Part shown: positions 25,313-34,537 of the stretch, piece by piece
How positions within the stretch are numbered: position 1 is the stretch's first letter
Layout of the letters: each line of letters starts with the position of its first letter
Source of the DNA: Escherichia phage vB_EcoM_3A1_SA_NWU
Strand: one strand, 5' to 3'
DNA: 64,000 nt
Sequence record: OR062524
Notes under the pieces: generated by a model
What the model saw: only the letters and a program-made list of their open reading frames with translations
Told to the model about the DNA's origin: nothing
The model's database searches: none
Translations under genes and position numbers: made by a program

Positions 25313-25329
25313 TATCTATTGAATAAAAC

Positions 25330-25358
25330 TTGACTTATTATTTTTTATATGTTAAGAT
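25330..25358 (+). promoter_or_regulatory. sigma70-like promoter TTGACT-N17-TAAGAT
   Basis: cttgacttattattttttatatgttaagat, followed by AGGAGG RBS. Confidence 0.5.
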
Positions 25359-25379
25359 AAAGTTTAGGAGGATTTTATT

Positions 25380-25676
25380 ATGCCTAAACTAAAACGTGGT
25401 CGTGGAAGACCAACAGCCGAAATGCAACAGATCTACGCAATGGATGCGGCGCAAGCAAGTGTAAAAGAATTATTTGCAGAGCATTATTTAGAAGCTATGC
25501 GATATATTGTTGAACTTGTTAATGATAAGGATGCAGCAAAACCTCTCCGCTTCCAAGCAGCTAAAGCTATTAAAGAGCAAGTAGAAGAATGGTTAGAAGA
25601 ACATTATGAAGCTATGGAAGAAGAAACTCCTGCCGTGCAGAATACAGATGACGTTCCTAAAAAGATCGTAATCTAA
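25380..25676 (+). CDS. small DNA-binding-like protein (98 aa), possible small terminase or regulator
   Basis: N-terminal KRGRGRP AT-hook-like motif; two hairpins downstream. Confidence 0.5.
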   Translation: MPKLKRGRGRPTAEMQQIYAMDAAQASVKELFAEHYLEAMRYIVELVNDKDAAKPLRFQAAKAIKEQVEEWLEEHYEAMEEETPAVQNTDDVPKKIVI

Positions 25677-25726
25677 TCCCTCTCCTCTCTTGGGGCTTTG
25701 CCCCCTCCTCCTTGTTATTTTTAACA

Positions 25727-25760
25727 CCCCTCTCCGAAAGGTTAGGGGCTTTTTTATTTT
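25727..25760 (+). terminator. terminator-like hairpin plus T-run after the 25380 gene
   Basis: cccctctccgaaaggttaggggcttttttatttt; preceded by a second hairpin ggggctttgcccc at 25692..25704. Confidence 0.45.
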
Positions 25761-25766
25761 TAATGC

Positions 25767-25796
25767 TTGCAATTGTATATACTTTTGTGATAAGAT
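25767..25796 (+). promoter_or_regulatory. possible promoter TTGCAA-N18-TAAGAT
   Basis: cttgcaattgtatatacttttgtgataagat. Confidence 0.35.
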
Positions 25797-25817
25797 CAGA
25801 TATGAGGAGGATAAAAT

Positions 25818-25988
25818 ATGCGCAATTTTGTAGTTAAAAATGATTTTAACCGTTCTTCTTATCATAAAGATAAAAAGAATGATTACACACGGGCTTGGAA
25901 CTTGGAGGAAGAACTTTATGATGACAGAGAAGACGTGGGAAGAGATCCTAGCGGAGGCTCAACCGATGGAAGTGAAGAAGATAGTTAA
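25818..25988 (+). CDS. small charged protein (56 aa, below ORF-track cutoff)
   Basis: GAGGAGG RBS 7 nt upstream; own translation MRNFVVKNDFNRSSYHKDKKNDYTRAWNLEEELYDDRED... Confidence 0.3.
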   Translation: MRNFVVKNDFNRSSYHKDKKNDYTRAWNLEEELYDDREDVGRDPSGGSTDGSEEDS

Positions 25989-26055
25989 CAACGCCCCTTC
26001 TCTTCCTAAAATAAAATTTTATGAGGAAGTAGAAGATAATGAATCTAAAGACTAA
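25918..26055 (+). CDS. alternative small ORF (45 aa) overlapping the previous in another frame
   Basis: GGAGGAAG RBS then ATGATG; translation MMTEKTWEEILAEAQPMEVKK... Only one of the two overlapping frames is likely real. Confidence 0.25.
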   Translation: MMTEKTWEEILAEAQPMEVKKIVNNAPSLPKIKFYEEVEDNESKD

Positions 26056-26431
26056 AACTGTATTAGGTTTTGTTTTAATTGTTGTTCTTATTCTTGCCGG
26101 AATGTTTGCTTATAACAAGATACATGAGTCTGGCTACAAAGATGGTGTTGCCTATCAAGCGCAATTATATCAAGCAGCCCAAGCAAAAGCAAAACAGGAT
26201 TTTGATGTTCTTCAAAAAAGAGCAGATGAAGAAAGAGCATTATTAAATACCCAAATAAACAACTTGTCTAAAAACAATGCACAATTAAAAGCAGATTTAG
26301 AGAAGAAGAAACAAACGATCAATGAGGATACAACGAATTATGCAAAAACTAATTCTGGCAGTATGTCTTGCTTTGCCCCTAATGATGACGGGTTGTTCAT
26401 CATCAACAAAAGTTTCCCCAGTTCTTATTGA
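26039..26431 (+). CDS. i-spanin (Rz-like inner-membrane spanin)
   Basis: 130 aa; N-terminal TM helix VLGFVLIVVLILAGMF then long coiled-coil periplasmic domain. Confidence 0.6.
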   Translation: MNLKTKTVLGFVLIVVLILAGMFAYNKIHESGYKDGVAYQAQLYQAAQAKAKQDFDVLQKRADEERALLNTQINNLSKNNAQLKADLEKKKQTINEDTTNYAKTNSGSMSCFAPNDDGLFIINKSFPSSY

Positions 26432-26666
26432 TGAGTGTAAGGCTGTAGCCATAGAAAAGGTTAAAGGTCCAGATTCGGATTTGATGGATAAAGTATCGAC
26501 ACCTGTGCCATACACTAAAAATCAAATTGCAAAAGGGGTTAGTAGATCTGAAGTTGTTAACAACCAAACTCAAAACAACGCTCTTTGGGAGCAAGATAGA
26601 CGAAAGGTTTTAGGTTTACAAACATATATTAAAACACTGCAAGAAAAAGGTATTATTGCTGAATAA
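26322..26666 (+). CDS. o-spanin (Rz1-like outer-membrane lipoprotein), overlaps i-spanin in another frame
   Basis: Lipobox LMMTGC after hydrophobic signal; probable start at ATG 26340. Confidence 0.55.
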   Translation: MRIQRIMQKLILAVCLALPLMMTGCSSSTKVSPVLIDECKAVAIEKVKGPDSDLMDKVSTPVPYTKNQIAKGVSRSEVVNNQTQNNALWEQDRRKVLGLQTYIKTLQEKGIIAE

Positions 26667-26675
26667 GGAGGGAAT

Positions 26676-28751
26676 GTGGCAAAGAAAAAGGCAGCAGGTA
26701 GTTTAGCTGGAGTAGATATTGAAGTAAAGGCTCAACCAGGTAAACAGACTCTTGCAATGGATTTAATGCCAGAAGTTATGATTTATGGTGGTGCCGCTGG
26801 ATGTGTTTCTGCTGAAACGGAATATCTTACAAAAGATGGTTGGAAACAGATTAGTGAATATTCGGGAGAGGATATTTACCAATACAACCCTAAGAATAAG
26901 CGTTTAGAATTGGTAACACCTTACTTTGTAGAATACGATTTAAATGGAGATAATCTATACAGAATAACAAATGGTGTAGGATTGTTCCAAGAACTTAGTA
27001 TGGAACACCGTTTTGTATTCTATAAGAAAAAGAAATCAAAGAAACATTTCGAGATTCTTGTAGGAGATCTTATTGCATTACAGCAAATAGGAAAACCCCT
27101 GCAAGGTTATGTAGAAAATCCATTCGGTAAACGTGTTCCTTTTAACATACCTGGTAAAAAGAGCACTTACTTAAAAATACACGAGGTTATTTCAACAGAT
27201 GATAAGAAATATTGTTTTGAGACTCCAAGCAGCTATATTGTCTTTAGACGTGGCGATCACTGCTTCGTTACTGGGAATAGCGGCAAGTCTCGTCTGCTAT
27301 TGCTGAAAGCTTTAAAATACGCCTACAAAGACCCTTTGTTTGGTGGAATACTTTTCCGTAAGAACACCACTGCTCACCGTAAACCAGGTGGTCTGTTTAC
27401 AGAAGCAAAACGTTTGTATCTTCCTTTACAACCGCACGTAAAAGAAAGTACAATGGATATCATTTTTGAAGCCACTGGCGGCGGAACCCTCAAATTTGAC
27501 CATTTGGAAAACGATAACGTAACCGCAGAAACAAACCATCAGGGTACACAGTATTCAATGGTAGGTTTTGACGAGTTAACCCACTTCACACAGTATGAAA
27601 TGCTCTATCTTCTGGGACGTATGCGTTCAGAATCAGAAACAAGCTTCATGTTGTGCACATGTAACCCCGATGCAGATAGTTGGGTTTTGAATTGGGTACT
27701 ACCTTATCTCGATGAGGGCGGTTATCCTAGAGAAGATATGTGTGGTAAACAAAAATATTTCATCATTGTTAACGATGAACCTGTTTTTGCTGACACACCT
27801 GAAGAACTGAAAGAAAAATATCCAGAAAACTGTTTCATGGAAAACCCTAATACAGGGGAGACAGTTGTTATTGAACCACAAACTTTCGTATTTATCGGTG
27901 GGACAATATTTGATAACCCAGAATTGATTAGGCTTAACCCTAATTATTTAGCACAGCTTAAATCACAAACAGCAATCAAAAGAGCACAACTCTTGGACGG
28001 CTGTTGGTTTGCACGTATACAGAAAGAGTCTTTCTTCCAACGTGAATGGTTGCATAAGATATCTTATAAAGATGTTCCTAATAATCTTAAACTAATGCGA
28101 GCATGGGATAAAGCTGTTTCAGTTCCTACAGAAACTTATCGTTATCCAGACTATACAACATCTGTCAAAATGGGTAAAGACCAAGATGGTAATATCTACA
28201 TCTTTGGTGACTATGATTATGATGCTGTGGATGAGAAAAGTAAAATTTTCGGAAGGTTTCGAAGATTACCTGGGGAAAGGGATAACCTGATTCTAAATCA
28301 ATGTAAGATTGATGGACCAGAAGTTACAGTAGTTCTTCCTAAAGACCCATCTGGTGCTGGGACAATAGAATATACAGAGTCTGCAAAGAAACTTATTCTA
28401 GAGGGTTTTGTTGTTAAACCAGATGCTATGCCAGGCAACAAGAAAAAGCTTCAGCGTTTTATGCCTTTTAGTAGTGCGTGTCAAAACGGTTTTGTTTATA
28501 TTGTTGAAGATTCTTTCCCTAATGTGGAAACTTTAACCCACTTTTATAAAGAATTGGAATCTTTCAATGGTGAAAGATCTACAGCCACTATTAAAGATGA
28601 CATTCCCGATGCTGCTGCTTCTTGTTTCAATACTCTGTCAAAAGAGAATACTTTCAAAGCAGTAGCTATCCCTGCAACAACAAATGCTCCTACAGGATAC
28701 AGTAGAATGAACAGCGGATTTCACCAACCGTATAGTGTCCGTAAAAGATAA
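26676..28751 (+). CDS. terminase large subunit containing a mini-intein in the Walker A loop
   Basis: 691 aa; GTG start with AAGGAGGG RBS; YGGAAG | C...(159 aa)...TGN | SGKS; removing the insert gives GAAGSGKS (GxxxxGKS). Confidence 0.6.
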   Translation: MAKKKAAGSLAGVDIEVKAQPGKQTLAMDLMPEVMIYGGAAGCVSAETEYLTKDGWKQISEYSGEDIYQYNPKNKRLELVTPYFVEYDLNGDNLYRITNGVGLFQELSMEHRFVFYKKKKSKKHFEILVGDLIALQQIGKPLQGYVENPFGKRVPFNIPGKKSTYLKIHEVISTDDKKYCFETPSSYIVFRRGDHCFVTGNSGKSRLLLLKALKYAYKDPLFGGILFRKNTTAHRKPGGLFTEAKRLYLPLQPHVKESTMDIIFEATGGGTLKFDHLENDNVTAETNHQGTQYSMVGFDELTHFTQYEMLYLLGRMRSESETSFMLCTCNPDADSWVLNWVLPYLDEGGYPREDMCGKQKYFIIVNDEPVFADTPEELKEKYPENCFMENPNTGETVVIEPQTFVFIGGTIFDNPELIRLNPNYLAQLKSQTAIKRAQLLDGCWFARIQKESFFQREWLHKISYKDVPNNLKLMRAWDKAVSVPTETYRYPDYTTSVKMGKDQDGNIYIFGDYDYDAVDEKSKIFGRFRRLPGERDNLILNQCKIDGPEVTVVLPKDPSGAGTIEYTESAKKLILEGFVVKPDAMPGNKKKLQRFMPFSSACQNGFVYIVEDSFPNVETLTHFYKELESFNGERSTATIKDDIPDAAASCFNTLSKENTFKAVAIPATTNAPTGYSRMNSGFHQPYSVRKR
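26802..27278 (+). other. putative mini-intein (159 aa, Cys1 ... Asn159, +1 Ser)
   Basis: Starts CVSAETEYLT, internal SMEH (block-B-like), ends ...GDHCFVTGN followed by SGKS. Confidence 0.5.
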
Positions 28752-28753
28752 TT

Positions 28754-28782
28754 GTTGACAAAAGTCACTTTAAAGTGTATTA
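28754..28782 (+). promoter_or_regulatory. sigma70-like promoter TTGACA-N17-TATTAT
   Basis: ttgacaaaagtcactttaaagtgtattat, 70 nt before portal GTG start. Confidence 0.55.
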
Positions 28783-28852
28783 TAACTAGATAGGTGAGGT
28801 TGTATATAATACAGCCTTGCCTTAACGATTTTATACCTGACTGGAGGAACAA

Positions 28853-30418
28853 GTGTCAACAGGAAAAAGAACGTACACTAAAAAGTCAGAATACTGGGAC
28901 AAAGGTGCTGCAAATAAAGCTGCTCTCTCTCCAACAAAAGAGGCAGAGAAAGAGAAAACGTTACTCCTGTCACCTGAAATAGGAACGATCGGATTAAACT
29001 CAATCAAAGCATTTACGAATTTCATGCAACCTTATGAGACTCGTTTCCCAGAATGTATTCGAACTTTTAAAGAGATGGGTGAAGACCCTGATGTAGCTAC
29101 TGCTCTTGATGCTACGTATATCTTTGTAGATAGAGCATTCTTTGATTTTAAGATAAAATACAATGTAAGCTCGGCAAAGTCAAGAAAAGCTGCTAAGTTT
29201 ATCGATTATATGTTACGTAATATGCAAGCACCTCTACGTCAATATGTTAGATCACTTTTGACATATAAGCAATACGGGTTTGCATTCGCAGAAAAAGTTT
29301 ATGAGTTGGATGAAGATCCTAAGAGTCCTTACTTTGGGTATTGGCGATTAACTAAGCTGGCTTTTAGACCACAAGATACTCTTCACATGGCTCAACCTTT
29401 TACATATTCGGCAGACGGACGTTCTATCTTGTCTGTTAACCAGAATATCACCAATACAATGTTAGCCCCAGGTAATACAACTTTAGAAACTGGTATTAAA
29501 GAAATTCCTTTCAGTAAAGTTTTATTTGTTGGTAGCAACATTACAGAGAATAACCCACTAGGAGTTAGTCCGCTTTTAGCTGTATATCGTAGCTGGCGTG
29601 AAAAATCTCTTATTCAGGAATTTGAGGTTATTGGGGTATCTAAAGATTTAGGCGGTATGCCAGTTCTTAAGGTTCCAAGTGACATTCTAAACAGGGCATC
29701 TTTAGATCCTGCTGGGGATGAAGCACAATCTCTTCGAGTTCTCCAAGCCAACATCGCTAACCTGCACTCTGGTGAGCAAGCCTACATGGTATTGCCTTCA
29801 GACGTTTATGAAGGTACAGTGATGCGTCAATACGATCTTGTATTCCAAGGTGTTGATGGCACGGGTAAACAGTTTGACACTCAAGCACTAATCAAACAAC
29901 GCAAACTGGATATTTATAACCGCTTTGGTGCGGGTGTGTTGATTATGGGTGATGGTGATGCAGGAAGTTTTGCGCTTTCTGACAACAAACAAACACTATT
30001 GTCTCATTTTATTGAGCGAGATGTAGATATTGTTGTAGAAGCTATAAACTCTCAACTGATCCCTCAAACACTACGACTAAACAATATCTTCCTTTCTGAT
30101 GAAGATATGCCTAAGTTTGTCAGTGGTGAAATGGGTGATCCTGATATTGAAGTAAATGCTAAAGCTATTCAGCAGTTGGTAGCCTCTGGTGCAATACCTT
30201 TAACCCCAGAAGTTATTAACGAGTTCCTTGAAAAAATTGGTTTTGAATATCGCATCCCTGACGATATTGTTGCCAATAAAGAGAAATTCTTTGAATTCAT
30301 GGATAACTATATGCCTGACAAAACTTCACGATCAGGAGATGGTTTAGCTACAGCAGGGACTGGAACATCTGATACTGTTTCTGCTTTAGATCCTTCAGCA
30401 CAAAACCTGTCGAATTAA
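28853..30418 (+). CDS. portal protein (putative)
   Basis: 521 aa; GTG start with GGAGG RBS; position directly after terminase; size typical. Confidence 0.55.
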   Translation: MSTGKRTYTKKSEYWDKGAANKAALSPTKEAEKEKTLLLSPEIGTIGLNSIKAFTNFMQPYETRFPECIRTFKEMGEDPDVATALDATYIFVDRAFFDFKIKYNVSSAKSRKAAKFIDYMLRNMQAPLRQYVRSLLTYKQYGFAFAEKVYELDEDPKSPYFGYWRLTKLAFRPQDTLHMAQPFTYSADGRSILSVNQNITNTMLAPGNTTLETGIKEIPFSKVLFVGSNITENNPLGVSPLLAVYRSWREKSLIQEFEVIGVSKDLGGMPVLKVPSDILNRASLDPAGDEAQSLRVLQANIANLHSGEQAYMVLPSDVYEGTVMRQYDLVFQGVDGTGKQFDTQALIKQRKLDIYNRFGAGVLIMGDGDAGSFALSDNKQTLLSHFIERDVDIVVEAINSQLIPQTLRLNNIFLSDEDMPKFVSGEMGDPDIEVNAKAIQQLVASGAIPLTPEVINEFLEKIGFEYRIPDDIVANKEKFFEFMDNYMPDKTSRSGDGLATAGTGTSDTVSALDPSAQNLSN

Positions 30419-30446
30419 AAATATTTAATATTTTTTAATTTTTCTA

Positions 30447-30475
30447 TTGACAAAACAACAAATATCCTGTAGACT
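30447..30475 (+). promoter_or_regulatory. sigma70-like promoter TTGACA-N17-TAGACT
   Basis: attgacaaaacaacaaatatcctgtagact. Confidence 0.5.
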
Positions 30476-30511
30476 AAGATTTATGGGATATCTGTTTTTA
30501 AGAGGTTTCAA

Positions 30512-30991
30512 ATGGAACTCAATAAAGATACACTGTGGGAACTCTTCAAAACCTTCGCTGGTTTTAAAGAGAATTCTGAATCCCAACAAGATTCTATACC
30601 ATCTCAAAAACCTGAAACTTTAGTCAAACAAAATAAATTTGATGAAGAAAAGATGCAGGTTATTGAGGTCTTGTATTGTCCACCTGAAGAAGACGATCTC
30701 CACGGAGAGCGCATGTCTGATTTGGAAATCAGGAAGATGGTTGACAACTTCAATGAGAATATTACCAACATTAGTGGTAATCTTGGTCACATGAAGAACA
30801 CCGATAAATTTTCTCCAATTAAAGCTTGGGTAAATGAAGTCGATTGTTACATTGGTGACGAACTCGTTGTGGAAGGAACTCCCCTCGTTAAAATCCAATT
30901 CAACGACCCTGAATTATATCAAGCTCGTAAAGACGGCGTTCTTAAAGGTTTGAGTATAGGCGCAATGGGCGTTAAAGTCAAGAAGGACTAA
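30512..30991 (+). CDS. putative prohead protease
   Basis: 159 aa; C-terminal LKGLSIGAMG resembles the GxSIGF segment of HK97-family prohead proteases as recalled; sits between portal and scaffold. Confidence 0.4.
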   Translation: MELNKDTLWELFKTFAGFKENSESQQDSIPSQKPETLVKQNKFDEEKMQVIEVLYCPPEEDDLHGERMSDLEIRKMVDNFNENITNISGNLGHMKNTDKFSPIKAWVNEVDCYIGDELVVEGTPLVKIQFNDPELYQARKDGVLKGLSIGAMGVKVKKD

Positions 30992-30993
30992 TC

Positions 30994-32109
30994 GTGGCAA
31001 ATACATATTTAACTAACGTAGACTTTTCAGGAAAAGCTACGGAAGAGTCACTAGGTGCTCATATTGCTTACACTTTTGATTTTCAAGGTGGAGCGGCATC
31101 TGGTTATAATACCCCCCTTTTATTTAAGTCAGACGGATCTCCAGACATAACTTTTGAAAAGTTAGAAGCTCTCACTAAAATGGGAGAAGATGTTACAGAG
31201 TTACGTAAAAGCTATATTCAACAAGTGATGGATCGCATCTCTGAAAAAGTGCGTGAAAAATTTGAAGCTGGTTGGGATTGGGTTTACGTTATTGATGCTG
31301 ACTTCGATGCGAACGTTGCAATTTTCTGTTCAGATAACGGTATGTTCTCTGTTGGCTTTAAAGTTGACGGACTGAATGTTGAAGTTGAAGAGGTTGCTAA
31401 ACCTGTTGTTCGTGTTACTGATTATCAAGTTGTTGATGGTGATGTAATGATCTCCATTGATTTCTTTGAGGACGTTTTAGACGATGCTTTGAGTAATCTC
31501 GTTAAGAGTTCCTTGAAACAAAGTCAAGTTAAAGATTATTTAGTGAAAGCTCACGCTAAAGCTAATACAAACTCTGTGGATGCAGAGGCTAACCCCGCAG
31601 GTGATAAATCTGCAAACACAACTGGAATCAATAAAGGAGAAACCCCTTTGGAAAATATCAACAAAGAAGAATTCCTGAAATCTGCTGAATTCCAAGAACT
31701 GATGAAAGCACAGATCGCTGAAGCTGTAGAAAAAGCAGCCGCAGATGCACGTGCAGCCGCAGAACTTGAAGCACAGGAAAAAATTGCTAAGGCAGAACAG
31801 GAAGCAGAAGAACTTCGTAAAGCTGAACAAGCTCGTATCGAAGAAGAATATACAACTGTTGTTAAATCCTATTCTTTCGTAGAAGAAGACAAAGTTGAAG
31901 CTCTCGTTAAATATCTGGTAGACAATAAAGATATCGCTGAAACTATCGTCAAAGCATTCGAAAAAGCACGTGCAGAAGTGGACGCAGTTAAGAAAGAATT
32001 TGGAACAGAACGTGGTGTTGATGTGATCAATACTCAACCTGTAGCTAAATCTTCTTCTGAACTGATTAGTCAGAAAGCTGCTGAACTTAAAAAAGCCCAG
32101 AAACAATAA
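30994..32109 (+). CDS. scaffolding protein (putative)
   Basis: 371 aa; GTG start; C-terminal Ala/Glu/Lys-rich coiled coil. Confidence 0.55.
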   Translation: MANTYLTNVDFSGKATEESLGAHIAYTFDFQGGAASGYNTPLLFKSDGSPDITFEKLEALTKMGEDVTELRKSYIQQVMDRISEKVREKFEAGWDWVYVIDADFDANVAIFCSDNGMFSVGFKVDGLNVEVEEVAKPVVRVTDYQVVDGDVMISIDFFEDVLDDALSNLVKSSLKQSQVKDYLVKAHAKANTNSVDAEANPAGDKSANTTGINKGETPLENINKEEFLKSAEFQELMKAQIAEAVEKAAADARAAAELEAQEKIAKAEQEAEELRKAEQARIEEEYTTVVKSYSFVEEDKVEALVKYLVDNKDIAETIVKAFEKARAEVDAVKKEFGTERGVDVINTQPVAKSSSELISQKAAELKKAQKQ

Positions 32110-32128
32110 TCTTAGGAGATTAAATTAA

Positions 32129-32527
32129 ATGGCTAAAGGAATTACTTTATCTAACTCTCGCCAGGAATTCGGACACCTGGTTCTGGGTGGAGTGTTTAGC
32201 TCTGACCTTGGACACTGTGTACGTGAAGTTAACCTGGTTAAAACAGCAACCATGAAAATTGGTTCTATCCTGAAAGCTGACAACACTGAAGCTGCTAAAG
32301 CTGAAGCTGCCGATGCTGCTAAAGTTCTGATTTGGACTGATGCTCTGTTCGGTATTGATGATGTAGCAGTAGGTGACACTTTCACCGCAGTTGTTGGCGT
32401 ACGTGATCTTACTCTGAACCGCTTTGCAGTATACTACAAAGATGGCTCCCTGGTAGATGACGCTGGCGTAGCAGCACTGGAAACACATGATCTGAAACTG
32501 ACCGAAAAAGTCGTTTTCACTTCTTAA
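32129..32527 (+). CDS. head decoration protein (putative, lambda gpD-like position)
   Basis: 132 aa; immediately upstream of capsid gene; shares its distinct codon usage. Confidence 0.45.
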   Translation: MAKGITLSNSRQEFGHLVLGGVFSSDLGHCVREVNLVKTATMKIGSILKADNTEAAKAEAADAAKVLIWTDALFGIDDVAVGDTFTAVVGVRDLTLNRFAVYYKDGSLVDDAGVAALETHDLKLTEKVVFTS

Positions 32528-32548
32528 TTTTAATAGGAGATTAATATA

Positions 32549-33550
32549 ATGCCAGCAGTAATTTTAGATCAGGTTGTAGATTTCAGCCCTATGATCGAAC
32601 TTCAGGATTCCCCTGATACACTGATTGCCAGCCTGAATCTGTTCAGTGTTGACTATCATTCAACTACCGCTATTGAAATCGGTAAAGAAAAAGCTGAAGA
32701 TGCTCTGATCTCCGCTCGTGAGCGTGGTGGTGAGCGTAACTTCCTGACCATGAAAAATCCAGAACTGAAAGCGTTCCGCATTCCGTTCTTCCCTCTGGAT
32801 AAAAACATCAAAGCTCAAGATATTCAATCTTTCCGTAGTTTTGCAATGGCAGGAATCAATGACTCTCTGCGCACAGACGCTGAAGTTGTTAACCGCTATA
32901 TGTCCCAGATTCTGCGTGACGTAGCAAAAACCAAAGAAAAAATCTTTGCAGAAGCAGTTATGGGTCGTGCCTATAACGGCGTAGGTGGTGCAGCTAACTC
33001 TGCATACAACTGGTATACCGAATGGGGTGCTACCCAGAAATCTGTTGCTGTAGACTTTGCTTCTACCACTGTTTCTCCAGCAGCCACTATCGAACAAGAA
33101 GCTCGTGCTTACATCATCGATACTAAACAAGATGGCTCTACCGCTACCCGTATCGTAGCTCTGTGTTCTCGTGAGTTTTTCGCATCTCTGGTTAACTCTC
33201 CATTTGTTCGCCAGGCATATCAGTATTTCCAGGGAACTCCTAACCTTCTGCGTGACCGCCTTAGCGGTAACATGGATGTTCAGGTGTTCGAATGGAACGG
33301 TGTAACTTACATTGAAGATATCCACGGTAACATCCCTGCTGGTGAAGCATATGTTCTGCCTATGGGTATCGAAGGTATGTTCCAGGCGCACTACGCTCCT
33401 GCGGATACTCCAGAACTGGCTAACACCCAGGCTCGTGAACTGTATACCTTCATGATCAGCCAGCACCGCACTATTCAGCTTCAGTCTGAATTCTCGCTGC
33501 TCGCAGTTAACACCCGTCCAGAACTGGTAGTTAAACTGACTACGGCTTAA
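32549..33550 (+). CDS. major capsid protein
   Basis: 333 aa; highly expressed-type codon usage; C-terminal region (..NTQAR..) recalls lambda gpE-type capsid proteins; followed by terminator. Confidence 0.65.
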   Translation: MPAVILDQVVDFSPMIELQDSPDTLIASLNLFSVDYHSTTAIEIGKEKAEDALISARERGGERNFLTMKNPELKAFRIPFFPLDKNIKAQDIQSFRSFAMAGINDSLRTDAEVVNRYMSQILRDVAKTKEKIFAEAVMGRAYNGVGGAANSAYNWYTEWGATQKSVAVDFASTTVSPAATIEQEARAYIIDTKQDGSTATRIVALCSREFFASLVNSPFVRQAYQYFQGTPNLLRDRLSGNMDVQVFEWNGVTYIEDIHGNIPAGEAYVLPMGIEGMFQAHYAPADTPELANTQARELYTFMISQHRTIQLQSEFSLLAVNTRPELVVKLTTA

Positions 33551-33570
33551 TAGAACTCTGTTAATATTAG

Positions 33571-33604
33571 AGGCTCGTCCGTGATGGGCGAGCCTTTTCT
33601 GTTT
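33571..33604 (+). terminator. terminator-like hairpin plus T-rich tract after capsid gene
   Basis: aggctcgtccgtgatgggcgagccttttctgttt. Confidence 0.5.
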
Positions 33605-33634
33605 ACAATAAGAGTTTACAACGAGGAGATTGAT

Positions 33635-33979
33635 ATGTCAAACCCAGAATTGAAACGTTACTTTAGTTATCACGAAATGATTCGTGATTTCGAATCGCTT
33701 TCACCACTGATCGATGCTGATAAAACATTAGTATCTGCGCCACCAATGTCTTTCTATCTGAAAGATGGTCGTATTGCATTAGGTGGAAACTTCATTCACT
33801 TCCTCACGCGTTTGAGAGAAGAAACAGGTATTCTTGTGCATCCTTTTGCAAGTGAAGAACACATGGGTTACTATCTTGTAAGTTACGAAGACTATGCACC
33901 TGTAAAAATCAAAGAAGAAGTTTTAAAAGTAGAAGCGGTAGACACTCCAGCTAAAAAACGTTCCCTTCGTAAAAAATAA
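33635..33979 (+). CDS. hypothetical head/neck protein (start at third Met of track ORF 33581..33979)
   Basis: GGAG RBS before ATG 33635; track start lies inside the terminator. Confidence 0.45.
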   Translation: MSNPELKRYFSYHEMIRDFESLSPLIDADKTLVSAPPMSFYLKDGRIALGGNFIHFLTRLREETGILVHPFASEEHMGYYLVSYEDYAPVKIKEEVLKVEAVDTPAKKRSLRKK

Positions 33980-33988
33980 GGTGGGCTT

Positions 33989-34537
33989 ATGCTGAATGCG
34001 GTAGAGTTGGCACCACTGATCCGAATTCTTGTTTATAACCCTTCTCAAGAAGTATTGCCAGATGCAATGCTGATTCAGATCGTCCAAACTTGGATTGATA
34101 TTATAGGGAATGAAGATAAGGATAAGTGTGCAGTATTGTGGAACAGCTTGATTTCTGTTTTAGAGTATTTATGGAACAACGATGTTCTTAACAACAGTAC
34201 TCAAACAGGAGGAGCTATGTCCCGCAGAGAAAAGATGGGTGAAGTCGAAGTTGAAGTTAAATTTAACAACGGTCAAGTCACTTATAAATCTCCGTGGGAA
34301 GATATTTATCATAACTATTTAAATGGTCTTATGGTGATCCCTGGGTGCACGGCAGGACGAGGAGCAACCAGCAAAGTTCTTATTGGCGGTGTGGATGCTC
34401 GTGAGATTGATCGAGTAAACAGCGATCCTAACTCTGTAAATGGTCTTGGTAATGTTGCAAGTGTTGATCGTAATACACGCAACGTTAATTATTTGCGAAA
34501 TTACGGACCTGTTTCTTTTTATCGTAGGGACAAATAA
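33989..34537 (+). CDS. putative head-tail connector protein
   Basis: 182 aa; position between capsid and sheath. Confidence 0.4.
   Translation: MLNAVELAPLIRILVYNPSQEVLPDAMLIQIVQTWIDIIGNEDKDKCAVLWNSLISVLEYLWNNDVLNNSTQTGGAMSRREKMGEVEVEVKFNNGQVTYKSPWEDIYHNYLNGLMVIPGCTAGRGATSKVLIGGVDAREIDRVNSDPNSVNGLGNVASVDRNTRNVNYLRNYGPVSFYRRDK

Noticed and set aside
28794-28982. Plus-strand ORF (62 aa) overlapping the portal start
   Set aside because: Out of frame with the portal gene, overlaps its RBS and GTG start, basic low-complexity product.
31540-32106. Minus-strand ORF (188 aa) opposite the scaffold gene
   Set aside because: Cys/Phe-rich translation typical of antisense reading of an Ala/Glu-rich gene; no RBS.
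32660-33466. Minus-strand ORF (268 aa) opposite the major capsid gene
   Set aside because: Shadow ORF in a high-GC3, strongly codon-biased gene.
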